DNA of 64,000 nt from Azolla caroliniana (lineage: Eukaryota > Plantae > Polypodiophyta), in the NCBI GenBank assembly GCA_043228905.1, contig JBHGNT010000007.1, positions 6,944,001-7,008,000 on the forward strand. Direction: 5' to 3'. Of the stretch, positions 1-13,202 are shown one piece after another. The position numbers were made by a program, and so were the translations under genes. The notes under the pieces are model-generated. The model did no database searches. It had not been told where the DNA came from and saw only the letters and a program-made list of their open reading frames with translations. Numbering within the stretch: the stretch's first letter is position 1; each line of letters begins with the position of its first letter.

Positions 1-1134
1 TAAATAGTATGGTTCTGGTTTGATTATGAGGATTTTTGTCGACATGTTTCTTCTAGGTTTAATTGATATTGGTTCTATTGAATTAATTGATATCTGATGA
101 ACGAAGCAAAAAAGAATTTGGATATTGCAGATGTAACTGAATATTTGTTGGTATGTTTGTCCGTACATCTGTGTAAAACTGCTTATATCCTGTGGATTGT
201 TAGCAGTTCAATAATTTAATATTATACCTTCTTAAGTGCATCAAAATACTTAGAACTACCTGTTCTGTTGATGAGATCATCAATTAACCTTAGTTATTGT
301 AAGCTTGATCAAATTCTTTGAGTGAATAAAAGAAAGAAATATTTTAAAACTTCTAATTCTTAGAAAACAAAAGAATCTTTTTATTTTGAAACCACTCTAA
401 TTCTTACAAAAGAAAAAAGATCCTTTTGTATGAAAAGTCCAACAAAAGAATAACAGAAGAAACTGATAGATTTCACTGAAGCCATTTTCTTCTCTGCAAC
501 TCCAAGAAGCAGACTCCAGGTAATCACCAAGTGGGTTCTGAAGGAGGATATGAGGAGGTCCCCACCCTCCTCTTTGTGTATCTATGATTAAATGAGAACT
601 AACAAACAAGAGCCCATGGGCGCTTAGCAATTCATTCACTATATACCCACTAAGTATTGCTCATTGGTTAGAAATTGAACCTATGTCGGAGAGTATTCAT
701 ATTAGATATCTAGAAACTTGAATGGGGCTTCAAATGAACGTGAAATAGTTCTTCAACTGACAAACTGTAGTCTCTGCTCATTTGGTCATTTGTTCCTAGA
801 GTGCTGTTTCACCCAGACTCCACCCTATATTGACAACAAACTTGATCGGGCTGTTGGCATGCAAACAATAGTGGTGGGCTGCTGTAGTATTGCTTGTGGT
901 GGGCTGTAATATCACTTATTTAAGCTGATTCAGGATTGTTTCATCAATCAAATATTCTTTTGAGACGGGGTTGCTCATCAAAATCCCAAATTTACCTCTT
1001 CATAATGGGCCATGGAAGATATTGCGATGAATATAAAACTAAGTAGAGATCTGCTGGGGTCTTTGCGCAGCCCCCATCATCTAAAGAATTAGATAAAACA
1101 CTCATCCACCATATCAAATTATTTCTAAGATCGA

Positions 1135-1301
1135 TCCTTTTCTGACCAAGCAATGATATTGTTTCCCTCCATAACTAACCAAGGTATGACAACTTTATCA
1201 TGCAGAAATTTGCATGTGAATTGATGAGTTTAGATAGACCTTTGTGGAGAAATCATTCGTGTATGTGTAAAGGAGCTGATCTATCACTGAGCTGTAGCCC
1301 T
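1135..1301 (-). pseudogene. trnV-UAC: Degraded plastid trnV-UAC 5' exon (1265-1301) plus start of its group II intron, part of the NUPT
   Basis: Minus strand AGGGCTACAGCTCAGTGATAGATCAGCTCCTTTACAC resembles the trnV-UAC 5' exon (AGGGCTATAGCTCAG..GTAGAGCA.CTCGTTTACAC). It is in the same orientation as atpB, as in plastomes. Downstream sequence weakly resembles the intron 5' part. Compared from memory, not aligned. Confidence 0.55.
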
Positions 1302-1349
1302 AGGTCAGTTTTGAGAAGCAGTAAGTATTGTATCAATACCCATCAATCC

Positions 1350-1640
1350 CAAAGAATCTATGACCTTAATTTGTCTCAAAGATAGACAGTTGGGTAAAAG
1401 CTGGAGTGGACTTGTGAATCGTAAATTAATACCATTTTTGGCAAAGGGTAATTTAACTAATAGGAACAGGGCGCTGTTCCTGTATTGCCAACACTCATGC
1501 CTCTCGATGAACCATTTGTAGCACTCATAGCTACAGCTCTGACTTCATTATTAGCCAACAATTGTTGCACTTCGTGAGTAACATTAATCTATAGACCTAC
1601 CAGATTCCATCCCTTAACAGCTAGCAAGTTGTAAATATCC
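1350..1640 (-). pseudogene. atpB: Degraded plastid atpB fragment (nuclear plastid DNA, NUPT)
   Basis: Minus strand reads DIYNLLAVKG...[37 protein letters not shown], then after a deletion IHKSTPAFTQL..SIFET..IKVID. This matches plastid AtpB ([67 protein letters not shown]) as I recall it, with stops and indels. Confidence 0.85.
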
Positions 1641-2684
1641 TTCTATACTTATATACAACTTAGCCAAGAAAGGATTGTAGGTTAGTCTCTTACAACTGTA
1701 CGCAATAGTCAATTTGGCCTTCCTCCATGGCGTTCCAAAAGGTAGCCCCAATATCTAACAGAGTATAGTACTTAATACGTTGGATAAATGCTGAATGAGC
1801 AGTACACGAGTCATGGATGACACAGTTAACGATTGAACTACCAGTGCCGTAAGGGAAAATGTACAGTTAATACCATATACATTCTTTGAGTTTCAAGCTG
1901 GCTTATGACCTGATCACGTGAGCCTAGAGCAGAAAGCAAGCATTGGTGTACTGATATAGGGTTCTCCTTTGAAATCCGCGCACCATGCATGCTCCATCAA
2001 ATGACATAAAATAGAGTTCATTTTGGTATAATTGCATTTAGAAATAACCAGTTTCCTTACCCTAAATACTGTACATATCTGGCGAAAGATTATTTCTGTA
2101 CACATTCCACTACAGTGTTTATGGCACAACTCAATAGCATATCTTGAAAACACTATTCATAATTAAGAGTGCACATAATTTGAAGAAAATTTTGACACTA
2201 CATTGTACAAACTTCAACTATTCGATCAGACAAAACTTTGAAGAGTTCATGCAGAAGATTAAAGAGTGAGGTGACTGGTCTTTAAATGTTGTAAACTAAA
2301 CACATCAAAATCTGTAGGAAACCATTGAGCTGAATTCTTACATATATGGATCAAACCAATAAGTGATTTCTCAATGAATTCATAGAGAAAAAAAATAGAT
2401 TGGGCGAAACCTCTTGAACCAATATACATTTTCTAAAGCAAGTTTGGCTATTGGGAGAGAATATCAGATCATATATTTTTTGTTATCAGGTAACTCACAG
2501 AATGTGACAAAATTGGGATGATTTAAACTTGAAAATACATATACACAAAGATGCCATTGGGCACACACTGACTTGTTCCTTTCTGGATCTCCATTGGGTC
2601 TCTTTTTAAATACTCCAAATAAGGCTGAGTTAAGGATGAGTGGCATGTCCATTGAAGGTTGGAATACACTAGGAAAATTCCATT

Positions 2685-5600
2685 TTAGCCACCTTGCTTT
2701 ATTGATAGAACTTGTAATGCTTCACTAATCTCTGGGAATATGTTCTTAAAAAGAAAACGCCACTTGATACACACAAGAATCCACCTATATGCAAACAATG
2801 CACAATATTAGAAATCTACACAGGGAAGAGAATATTAAATTCATTTACTAAAACTAAAATTTTAAAATTTCATGCAACTATTCCAGTGTCTATCAATTAG
2901 CTATGCAAAAAATGTCTACTATAAATGAAAGATGTAGGCACGATTCACTATTTCAATCATTAATGTATTCACATACTTTCAAGCTCATCTATTATAATAA
3001 TGTTTGTATTTAGATAGTAAAAGTCAAAAGCAAGTATTGAGATGAAAACATAAAAAAAATACCCTTTGTTTGAAGAACGTTCCCATTTCCAACTGCTCAC
3101 AAGATCTGGCCATAGCGAGAAGTTATCAATTGGTTGGTCCTTAATAGCTTCCATTATCTGTAAAATCACAAATTTAAGTTTATGATAGATGAAATATGGC
3201 AGCAGCACATAAAAATAAGTGAAGAGCCTGAAGCTTTTCATTTTAAATATCCCCATAAACATTACACTAAAATGCTGTTACCTTGACTCCACAAGAGAGA
3301 CTTGGAAATTTCTGTTAGTTATATGCACACGCAAGGGTCTTGTAAGAGTAGTAAAGGAAAGAGGACAAATAAAATCAAATGAAAAAACAAAGAGTGGTAA
3401 AAGAAAGAGTAAATATTAGATCAAACGACTGGAACAAAGCTTTGGTTCACTATACAAGCTAATGGAATATGAAGACCAAAAGTCTTGGGAGTTTTCTTGC
3501 TAGAACTCAAGAGACAACAACCACTCTTCATGCTACAAATCAATCAAGGGGTAGATATATAGGGTCTCAACAACAACATTGGAAAGGGTGCATACTAGAT
3601 CCTACAATGGCAACTGCATGTTCATCTGAACCCGTCTCATAGCCTTCGGAGTTAAGGTGCTTGGCTAACAAGATTCGCTGGTACCTTGGGTAGTTCTACT
3701 AATTTAGTAAAATTTGTTGTCAAATTATAGACAACATTTTAAGATGTAATCTCACATTCGGTTACATAAACCATATTGTCCTCTTAAGGAGGTGATAATA
3801 TATTTTTCTTTATTTCTTTATGATATCAGGTATTAAATGATATGTTGATTCATGAAAGATATGTAAATCCTCAGAAGAAAATGTACTCTGTTGTGAGATG
3901 GTTGTGGTCTTTATATGTGACTTTCTTATAAAAGTTGTCCATAACCCAGTTAATATATTGTTTCCATCCTCAGGAAAGACCGGAAAAAGAAAGGAAACTT
4001 GTCCCTAGTGTTGTCTCACAATAGTCTTTACAAAAAGCAAAAATAAATGAAGGAAGCAGAATGCAGAGAACCTAAAAAGAAAATACAAAGGAAGACTGTT
4101 GGAGGATAAGTTAAAAGAAATTAGGTTCAAAATACCGACAAATTCGAAGATTCTATTCTAAGAATACTTGGTTTTGACATAAATTAATGTTAAGTACCCC
4201 CCATAGATAACATGATTCATTAAGACATCAGCACCAAGGTAGTCACCAAGCTCAACAGAATGCTAGGAAAAAGAGGGGAAAGAGCAAAAATCTCCTCAAA
4301 GGTTTAGGCCAAATGGCCACCTTAATGTGAAAGAGGCCAAACCTCCTTGTAAAAAGCTATAGGTCACTTTTGTAGCTCTTCTTCTTTCTTAGAGTTTTCT
4401 CTCCTCCTATAACTTAAACTAGAGCTCTCTCATCCCATTCTCTTAATCTTTCACTTGAGCAAGTAGAGTGATTAGGGCTAAGTGATAATTAGCTATACCC
4501 TAATCGCTCCTCTTCTTGTATGGGTGTTTTAGACTCTTATATTAATAGAGATAGGTTCAGTATTATTATAGATACTGTTTGTCTTTACATACAAGCACGA
4601 ATGCTTTACTTTCAAATTTCTTCATTGAGAGTTAATGCGAGAGAGTGCAAGTTAAAGTTCCTGAGGTTAGGGTTGTGAAGCTAAAGGCCCAAGAGTGATT
4701 GACAACCACCTTTCCCCAGTTCGCGACCAATAGGGTATACAACAGACTGAACCCATTGGCTCCCGATATCAGCTTCGAGGCAAAACTCCACCAATTTGCT
4801 CTCAGTGGCGCACACCTTGAGATGACACAACTATGCACATTCTTTCCATCCCATAAATAAATTGCCCATGTTCTTAAGAATATAACGTATTTTGAAAATA
4901 TACACATGATGGAATATACAGAATACTCAAGGCCACAACATGAACTTGACTTTGTCTTACAGACGGTTACAACACTCTCTCCCTCTATACGCACACAATA
5001 CACCACACATATATATCATTCTTCGCTATCTCTCACCATAATATGTTTGCCCTAGGTGTATATATACTTATACATAGAATGGGCCATTTACAAATGTAGC
5101 CACTAATCAGCTACTGCCGAATCCGGCTTCGGCTCTCTACCAGCCTTCATCCAATTCAGCTCTCTTCCGATCCGGGATCCGACTCTCTGACCGAATCCAG
5201 AGCACCGTGGAAGGCATCCAGTAAGCTACGGGATGGGAATGGCCCATAGATAAGAATAGTGTGTACGCCTTATGTCAACTACATGAGACATATGTAGATG
5301 AGAAGCGACGGCGCACAGATGATGTGGCCGGACCATTGAAGACACCGGAGAGCTGGAACTCCAAACAGAAGAAAAAATACTACATAATCTTTCTATAAAC
5401 ATTAGTTACCTCATCAGTGCGAATGACATTTGTATTGTACAGAATCTCCCTTGTGGTTCTGTCATTTAATCCTTTGACCTGGTCATGCATCAGTGAAACG
5501 TGCTGGGTTACTTATCTGAAGCTCTTATTGACATTAAGCCTTTCTGCTTTTGTTCGAAGGGAAAACTGTTTCTTGATATGAGAGTTTAGGATTCCAGTAA

Positions 5601-6117
5601 GGACATGTGAGGTGAAGTAATATTACCTTTACAGAGAGTCCAAGTACGTCACCAGTTTTTGTCTCATATATTGAACCATTGTCAGGAGATTGTAATACCT
5701 GAATAACAAAAAGCGTCTTCTGTTGGAGTTTCTTTAACCATAACCAAAAGATTTGTTATGCGTCTTCAATTTCAACCCATATACATTTCCAACTATTTAT
5801 TGTAAGATGATGACATTTAATATCGTGTTTGATGTTTGTCATAGAGATATGACAGAAATAATTAGAATATAGGGGTGAGAATTATGGAAAAACTCAGGTA
5901 TTTGAGAGCTTTTTGTTATGACTAATATTAACATACTATATGCCCGTACTAAGAAACATAAACGCACCAGCTCTGCCAACATGTTAGAAGACTGAGAGCC
6001 CAAGAGATTTCCATTCTCAAATGTTATATCATCCAATTTCTGGTTGAATGAAAAATAATGTATAGCAGCCTGTGATAGTCCGCCAGATGTGCCACTCACT
6101 TCCAACAGTTTATGTGC
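2685..6117 (-). CDS. 3' six exons of an unidentified protein gene (5' end unresolved)
   Basis: GT-AG exons with matching phase: 5968-6117, 5627-5698, 5410-5478, 3282-3311, 3063-3157, 2685-2784. They give AHKLLEVSGTSGG...MLAEL|VLQSPDNGSIYETKTGDVLGLSVK|VKGLNDRTTREILYNTNVIRTDE|KFPSLSCGVK|IMEAIKDQPIDNFSLWPDLVSSWKWERSSNKG|WILVCIKWRFLFKNIFPEISEALQVLSIKQGG*. Exon-like segments at 6991-7033 and 7128-7199 do not join in frame. Confidence 0.7.
4630..5384 (-). mobile_element. Probable LTR plus PBS remnant of an LTR retrotransposon in an intron
   Basis: Degenerate tRNA-iMet PBS on the minus strand (TGATATCGGGAGCCA, 4757-4771), next to a GC-richer, internally repetitive block whose minus-strand start is TGTAG (~5384). 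Confidence 0.4.
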
Positions 6118-6464
6118 CTGTAATTATGAAAGCTTATATATTCAAATTTAATTCAATAACATCAGTAATTCATATAGTGTCGACCAACATCATTATTTTC
6201 TTTAACATACATCACAACATTAACCTCTGCTTTCTTCTCTTTATATTATTCATGCCGTTCTAGACAGTCAGACTCATGAGGCACTTCTCTAGATAATCTC
6301 TCATTGAGTTTAAATTATCTGGTGTCATACATCTCTTTTGTATATGTCACCACATGTAACTTAACATAATTTCTTTCTTTACTGACTTTATCATCAATCT
6401 TACTAGATCTAACTTATTTGAACTCATAGGATTTTGGTTTTTTGGAAATGTTTACCTAACATTT

Positions 6465-6895
6465 CATTTCATTTCTCAAGTGTATTGGATTGTATTACGA
6501 ATAAGGGAAAGGAAATTACTCGAGCCTACAAAATTACAATGAGGGATTTCTTTATTATTACTAAATACCATAGCTAAACTCCGAGCTGAGCCACAGAGGT
6601 ATGATGCATTTCATTTCTCAAGTGTATTGGATTGTATTACGAAGAAGGGAAAGGAAATTACTGGAGTCTACAAAATTGCAATGAGGGATTTCTTTATTAT
6701 TACTAAACACCATAGCTAAACTCCGAGCTGAGCCACAGAGGTATGATGCATTTCATTTCTCAAGTGTATTGGATTGTATTACGAAGAAAAGAAAGGAAAT
6801 TACTGGAGCCTACAAAATTGCAATGAGGGATTTCTTTATTATTACTAAACACCATAGCTAAACTCCGAGCTGAACCACAGAGGTATGATGCATTT
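6465..6895. repeat. Tandem repeat, 3 x 142 bp
   Basis: CATTTCATTTCTCAAGTGTATTGGATTG recurs at 6465, 6607 and 6749; copies differ by a few substitutions. Confidence 0.95.
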
Positions 6896-7799
6896 GCAAG
6901 AATACTGAGAACCAGTTCGAACAAAGAACATTAAGGAAAGGGGATAGTTGCTAACTCTTCTTCTTCTAAGAATGAATGCATGGAATCTACCAACACAAGT
7001 CAATATTCCATTTCATTGCCAATTTCAAACCATCTGCAACAATTTATTAGGACACCCATCTATACCAAATCAAATGTTCCTCTCAACTATACAAGAATAA
7101 GTTTAATTCATATATAAACAAATGTACCTTGCTATTAACAAGGAGATCAACTTGGAAGAGTGCAAATTTTCTCAACGGGTTCAATGTCACATCCTTTCCC
7201 TAAACATAATGATCTCTCTCTCTCTCTCTCTCTCTCTCTTAAGATGTAATCTCTTATTTGGTCTTATAGGCCATTTTGGCCTATTAAAAGACGTTAATAT
7301 ATCTTTCTTCTTTCTTCTTCTTTCTCTATCAATGTCTAAAACCAGATTCTTTAGTCTCTTTTTATCTTATCTACTTTTATATTTACATAGAAATGCTTAT
7401 TTTATTTTGATTTGTTGTTATCAAAGACAAGACAACACTTAAAATATAATCTCTTGCTTGATCTGATAGGTTATTTTGGCCTCTTAAAAGACGTTAATAC
7501 ATATTTCTTTCTTTCTTTCTTTTCTCTCTCCCTCTCTCTCTCTCTCTCTCATTGTGCACTCTCCCTTGCAAATTTGCAATGCTCATGGGTAAAATTCCAC
7601 ACATACTCTGTAAAAATGTTTTACTTTTAAATCACTCACTCTCTCCAACTATGTACTTTTGATTGCAATGTTTATTGGTAAACTTCTTGAACGTCAAAAG
7701 TCACCAATCAATTCCACACGTACAATGTAAAAAAAATCACTTTTGGTCCCGTTGGTCATATTGACCACTGAGGACAATAATAAAAGTTTATAAGGGCAT

Positions 7800-8950
7800 T
7801 GGAAGAGTTTTGCATGTATACCAAATTGAGTGTCAATAGCTCTAAAACAAAGACTACGCTTGTGTAAGAGACAAAATAAGGGTAAACCATGCATTATGTA
7901 CAATAATGAACCACTTGAAACTATGAAAAGCTTCAAATACCTTGGCCTTAACGTTCATTCCAATAATAGATGGAATGAATGTGTTACTCACCGTTTAGAG
8001 GCGGGAAAAAGAGCATATTATGCATTTGAGAACACATGCAATCATGGAGAAACCAAGTGTTGGGTCTTCAAGAAATATGGGGTGAAAGTATATTGGAGCA
8101 GTAGCATCCCTAAGTCCACTGAAAAAGTTTAAGAATGTCCAAAAACATTTTCTTACAAAGTTTCTCCAAAGTACAAAACAAACACCATACACCCTCCTAC
8201 TTCTTAGGATAGCATCACTTCCCATTGAAATGTTGTCCATGGAAAGGGTTGTTGAATAAACGCTTAAGGTTTAAAAAAATCCCACGTCGACTTCCTAGAA
8301 TCACACAAGAAGCAAGTAAAAAGATGTAAAAGACACATAAAGCAAAAATTTGTGTTCTAATTAGATGCAAGATATGGAACAATGTTTTGGATGATGGGAT
8401 GCAACACACTTGCTTCACGATGCATCAATAGATTCCTCTATGAATGAGGCCCGTTTGCAACATTAATGTATCATGAGATGGAGAAATTGTAGAGGCTCAC
8501 ACTTCACACGTTATACTACTATGTTGCACCTACCTACAAAACCATATTGTTTATTAAATGGAGAAACCACACATATCAATACATGTTCAAGCCCAACTTG
8601 TTGTCTACCATCCGAACCATTGATTCTATGCAACTTAGCTCACACTCACTATGATACGAGACGAGGTGTTAGGGCACAAGAGATGAGAGTAGCCAATTAT
8701 GCACACTTCACCCTAAACAAGTATCACACTGCAATAAAATGCTTTGCCCTTGATCACATTCGACTATGCATTCCACAAATTTTAGCCAAACTCAATCCTT
8801 GCATGTATTTCCCACATAGTCACAATGTGCACTTTCAATTGCAACATTCGTTAGTAAAGTTCTTGAACATTGAGAGCCACTACTCACTCTCACATGTATT
8901 ACATGAAAATGTATTTTTTGTCTCATAGGTCATATTTCCCTAATGACAGA
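7800..8950 (+). mobile_element. Decayed RTE-clade LINE, 3' portion of the RT region
   Basis: ORF pieces YNNEPLETMKSFKYLGLNV..HRLEAGKRAYYAFENTC with frameshifts. Ends in the CATAGGTCATATTT tail motif shared with other copies (~11772, ~25467). Confidence 0.75.
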
Positions 8951-11810
8951 TGATTGTCCAATTTCTATGGGTCCTACTACAGTTGGAACTTATCAGAATG
9001 TGTAAGTCAACGATCATGTAATGGTGTTAGATTTGATGCGTGATTTAGAAGATTGTGTTATGTCAGATTATGGTAGGCTTCTTATATACAAGCTTGAATG
9101 CACGAAATTGCATATTCTAAATGGTACCCATGTGTTTCTAATGACTAATGTTTTGACATGTCTTCTAACCTCAAGTGGGGGAAGTGTTGTTCACTATGTA
9201 TTGGTGAAAGTATGCGATGCATCCATATTGAATAAATTCAATATTGGCCCATTGTCACTTGACTCAGACCACAAGCCCTTATACTTGCATTAGAGTACAA
9301 AAGGAAAAGAGGTACATTATGTGACCTCGCTATCAAAAGGATATGCCAATGAGGTTGAGAGTTATGTCATGAATCTCTCCCTTAAGAAAGATGTGAAAAA
9401 AAATTGGGAGCAATTGAAAGATGACAGTCTCAAAGTAGGGTATCAATAATTTAGAGCATGTCCAGGTGGATATCGAATGCTTTGTTTGCCATGCAATGCT
9501 TGGTTTGGTGAAGGATGCAAGGCTCATCCCAAAAAGTTCAAGCCTACAAAAGATAAAAATGAGAAAACCCTAACATTGTATCAATATTGAAGAATGGTGA
9601 GGAAGAAGAGGCAATACTATCAAATACAAGAGACGAAGAAAACACAAATGTTTAAACTCTAACCAAAGTTAGCATGGAGACAACTCAAGGCCAAAAAGAT
9701 TTAATTGACGATTTCACCGATGAAGAGATGGAACAATATGTATGTAAGATTTATATGAATGATGGGATAATGCCTATGACAATGAGTATTGAAACACTAC
9801 ATAAGACATGCGTATCTTTTGAAGATCTTAATAGAGGGGCTAAAAGGATGTTTAATGGCAAACCGATGGATGCAACTTCAATGACAAGTGAGCTCTTGAG
9901 ATGGACAAGACCACAAACTTGTCAATGGATAGAAACTATCATGGACCAAGCTATCAAGCAAGGTTTCCCCGAAGATTGGCTCATGAATTGGATTAAACCA
10001 ATCCATAAAGGAGGAGATAAAAATTTGATATCCAACAACAAACTATCATGGTTAGTTCAATTATGGCCAAGTTATATAGCACTGTCATGGAACAAAAGAT
10101 TAGCTCATGGGCTGAACATCATCACAAACGAGCACTCAGTCATGCAAGCTATAGACCAAAACATACAACTACCGATCATTTGGTTGTATTAAGCATTATC
10201 ATGGAAGAAGGTTGACTTCAAGAGAAAATGTAATGTTGTTGTTTTGTGGCCTTCAAGAAAGCCTTTAACATTGTACCAAGGAGTGATCATTGAAAAAGAA
10301 TAAATGAGATCGGAATGCCATCAGAGTATAAAGCAACTATAGCACAATTGTATGAGCAATTAGGTGCCAATTGAAAATGGAGTGGTTTCTCCAAGAACTT
10401 TTTGAGCATAATGGGGTCAAGCAAGGATGCCCACGCTCTCTCTCTCTCTCTTTGGTCTCTGCATCAATAAACTTGAAGAAATAATAAAGAAGGTTGCAAA
10501 AGAAGAAAAATTGGATGGCCCTAAACTCATGCATGAGCTTATTTTCACACCTATATGCTGATGATGCTGTTTTATTCTCATATAGTTTGGATGGTATGCA
10601 ACACTTAACGTATTGACACCTTCAGTCAAATCAGCGAGCTAACTGTTAATGTGAAGAAAAGCAAATTGGTAGCAAAAAGGCAATAAAACAGGGACACTAT
10701 CCCACTTTTACATACAAAAAAGAACCAATAAAAGTGGTGCAAAGACTCAAATATCTTGGTATTAATGTCCCATTGACAAATAGGTGGAATGTATGTTAGG
10801 AGTCTAGACTTCAATCAGGTTGGAATAGTTATTATATGTTTGAGAATCAAAGCAATCACAGTGATACTCGAGTATGGGACGTGAGATTGATGCTATTGTA
10901 TCCTATGGTCCCCCAAATGTTGCTTTATGGAGTGGACATGTAGGGTGCCACTATCTCACTTAGTGCATGGAATGAAATAGAGAAAATCCCAAAAATGTTC
11001 TTACGTAGACAATTGGGGTAAAATCCTCAACTTCCTATCTTATCATACTACGGTGCTCCGCCATAGAAGTACTAGCCATGCAAAAAGTAGACAAGTATGT
11101 CACAAAAGTCAAGAATATGCCTGATCATAGACTGCCCAAACAAGATTTAAACATAGGATGCAAGGTGCAAAAAACAAATAAGAGCAAAATAGTCTCATGT
11201 GGCTGGGTGCTTGACATTATGAAATGGTTTATGAGATGGGGAATAAAAGATCTATTGGAGTCTTCGTGTGATGCTTTGAAGTATGTGATCATTGAGGATA
11301 GATTAAGACAGGCACTAAGGATGAAGTGACAAGATGCTAAAATGTCGAAATTGGAAGATTACATTGCAAATATTCAACAACAATGTTGGCCCCCATACAA
11401 GGAAAAAATGCCAGAATATCTCACTACTCCAATGAGCCTTGGTTCTCAAAGAGCTTTAAAACTTCGTTGAACTTGCTCATACAAGTCAGGTGTTGAGGTA
11501 TCATCATGGCATCATCACCCAAAAATGAGGATATGCAAGGTACGAATGAAAACCTAGAGGATGAATATTACTTACTTATTGCATGCTCAGTGTATAAGGT
11601 AATTCCTCAGAAATATAATGACTTGTTAGATGGGTATGATAATGTAAGTGTCATACTCAAATTTCCATCATGACGGGTGCGTGCATTATTTTCACATCAA
11701 GAGTTTTTACTACAGAGTAGTAACCTCCTTTCTTAGGAAGGAATCGTGTACAAGATACATTGATCTGGTCCCATAGGTCAAAATTGGCCTCATCATGAAC
11801 AATACAATAC
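8950..11810 (+). mobile_element. Decayed RTE-clade LINE (endonuclease end, RT, C-terminus)
   Basis: AP-endonuclease end (LHILNG..GGSVVHYVLV..SDHKPL), RT motifs WIKPIHKGGDKN, GVKQGCP and YADD (~10554), and KNMPDHRLPKQ; many stops and frameshifts. Confidence 0.85.
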
Positions 11811-12730
11811 ATATTCTGTTCTCGCTCGATAGGAAGATGGCCCACTATAAGGCACATTTTTTACATGTATTGGAGGATGGATTCGTCATCAGGCCCTCTT
11901 CTATGGGCACACATCTATCCCATGTGCTACACAATGTGATAGGGCAGTTGTGGACCTTTTCATGTTAGTTAGAGATACATGTGCATCTCTAGAAGAAAGA
12001 ATCTACCAACTGTGTGATCAGGGATTGGAACTTGAAAAACATTGTTTGCCAATGTACTTTTTTTTATGAAATAATAGAGATACCATTGCCTCTTTAACCA
12101 AGGCTTTGGCGCACTACTCAAAGTAATGGAATATGAGAACCAACGATGGTTGGGACTGCTCTTTCTAGAACTCAAGAGACATAGAGAGAAGTTGTTGAAG
12201 GACAATATTACAACCACACAATTTCACCAACAAAGAACAATCACAACTTTCTTTGGCCACATCACTCTTACTTGGTTGGGTTCAAAATAAGGCAAGACGG
12301 CCTATTGATAGTATTCAACCTTATCTCATTACTAACATGAGTATTAACTCTCGTAGAGCCCTAGCATTCCTTCACACTCGATCACACAAGTTAGGTATGA
12401 CTTGAGTGTCACACTAAAGAGAACACCTAGAAGATTGAGCTCATATGTCTATGCCTTAATCACACATCAAGACTTTGTGCTTTGAAGAATGAATATCCCT
12501 TGTAAGGAAGGACACACACATCAAGAAAACTTGTTTACTTTGGGTCTCATGGGTCAATATTGACCTCTCTATGGACACCAAAAAAATCTAATCTAATCTA
12601 CTAGTCAATCAAGGGCCAAATGGGATCCCAACCAGGACATTGCAAAGCGGTTACAACAGATCAGGCAATAGCAACTTGTTACGCACATAGGCCCCAACTT
12701 CGTGGACCTCAACCTCACCAACCTTGTCAT

Positions 12731-13202
12731 TAAAATGAAGGCAATTACCTCCTGCCATTGCAAGTGCTTACCTGATTCAGAAATCTTTCATCCTGAATCA
12801 ACCTATGCTAGAGATCTTTCGAAGAAAAAATCAGAATCTATCTAACTTGAGACTCTTACATGTATACACTTTGGCGTTATGGTGTAAACCATAAATGCAA
12901 GAAATAAAAAATGTCAATGTCTTTTTACGATGCCAAAATTACCTATAAGTCCAAACAAGAGATTACATCTTAATATTTTGTCTCATCTTTGAGAACAAAC
13001 CAAAATTAATGTGACTAAGTGAAAAAGTAAATAAAATAAAACGTGACTAAAGAATCTGGTTATTGATACATATAAATTTCTCAAGTCATAGAGATTGTAT
13101 TTTTGTATTTTGAAAGATCTCTAGCATAGGTCAATTCAAAATGGAGAGATCTCTGAACCAAGGGAAGAACCTACGATAGCGGGAGAAAATGGCCTTTATT
13201 TA
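12731..13202. mobile_element. Foldback / MITE-like element with ~120-bp inverted arms
   Basis: 12731-12852 is the imperfect reverse complement of 13079-13202; core CCTATGCTAGAGATCTTTC versus GAAAGATCTCTAGCATAGG. No clear target-site duplication seen. Confidence 0.75.

Noticed and set aside
601-700. ndhC-like (EPMG.A) and tRNA-end-like snippets extending the NUPT
   Set aside because: Too short and degenerate to call without an alignment; the ndhC-like piece is on the unexpected strand.
6465-6895. Regular repeats as a CRISPR-like array (also 53705-54195)
   Set aside because: Units are head-to-tail with no unique spacers, no cas genes, and the context is eukaryotic.
6991-7033. In-frame TGA in an exon-like segment (WFEIGNEMEY*LVL) as possible recoding or selenocysteine
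   Set aside because: The upstream exon phase does not fit this frame, land plants lack the selenocysteine machinery, and decay or assembly error is simpler.
12640-12805. Exon-like segments possibly giving the 5' end of the first gene
   Set aside because: They overlap the left arm of the foldback element and would need a 49-nt intron followed by a stop.
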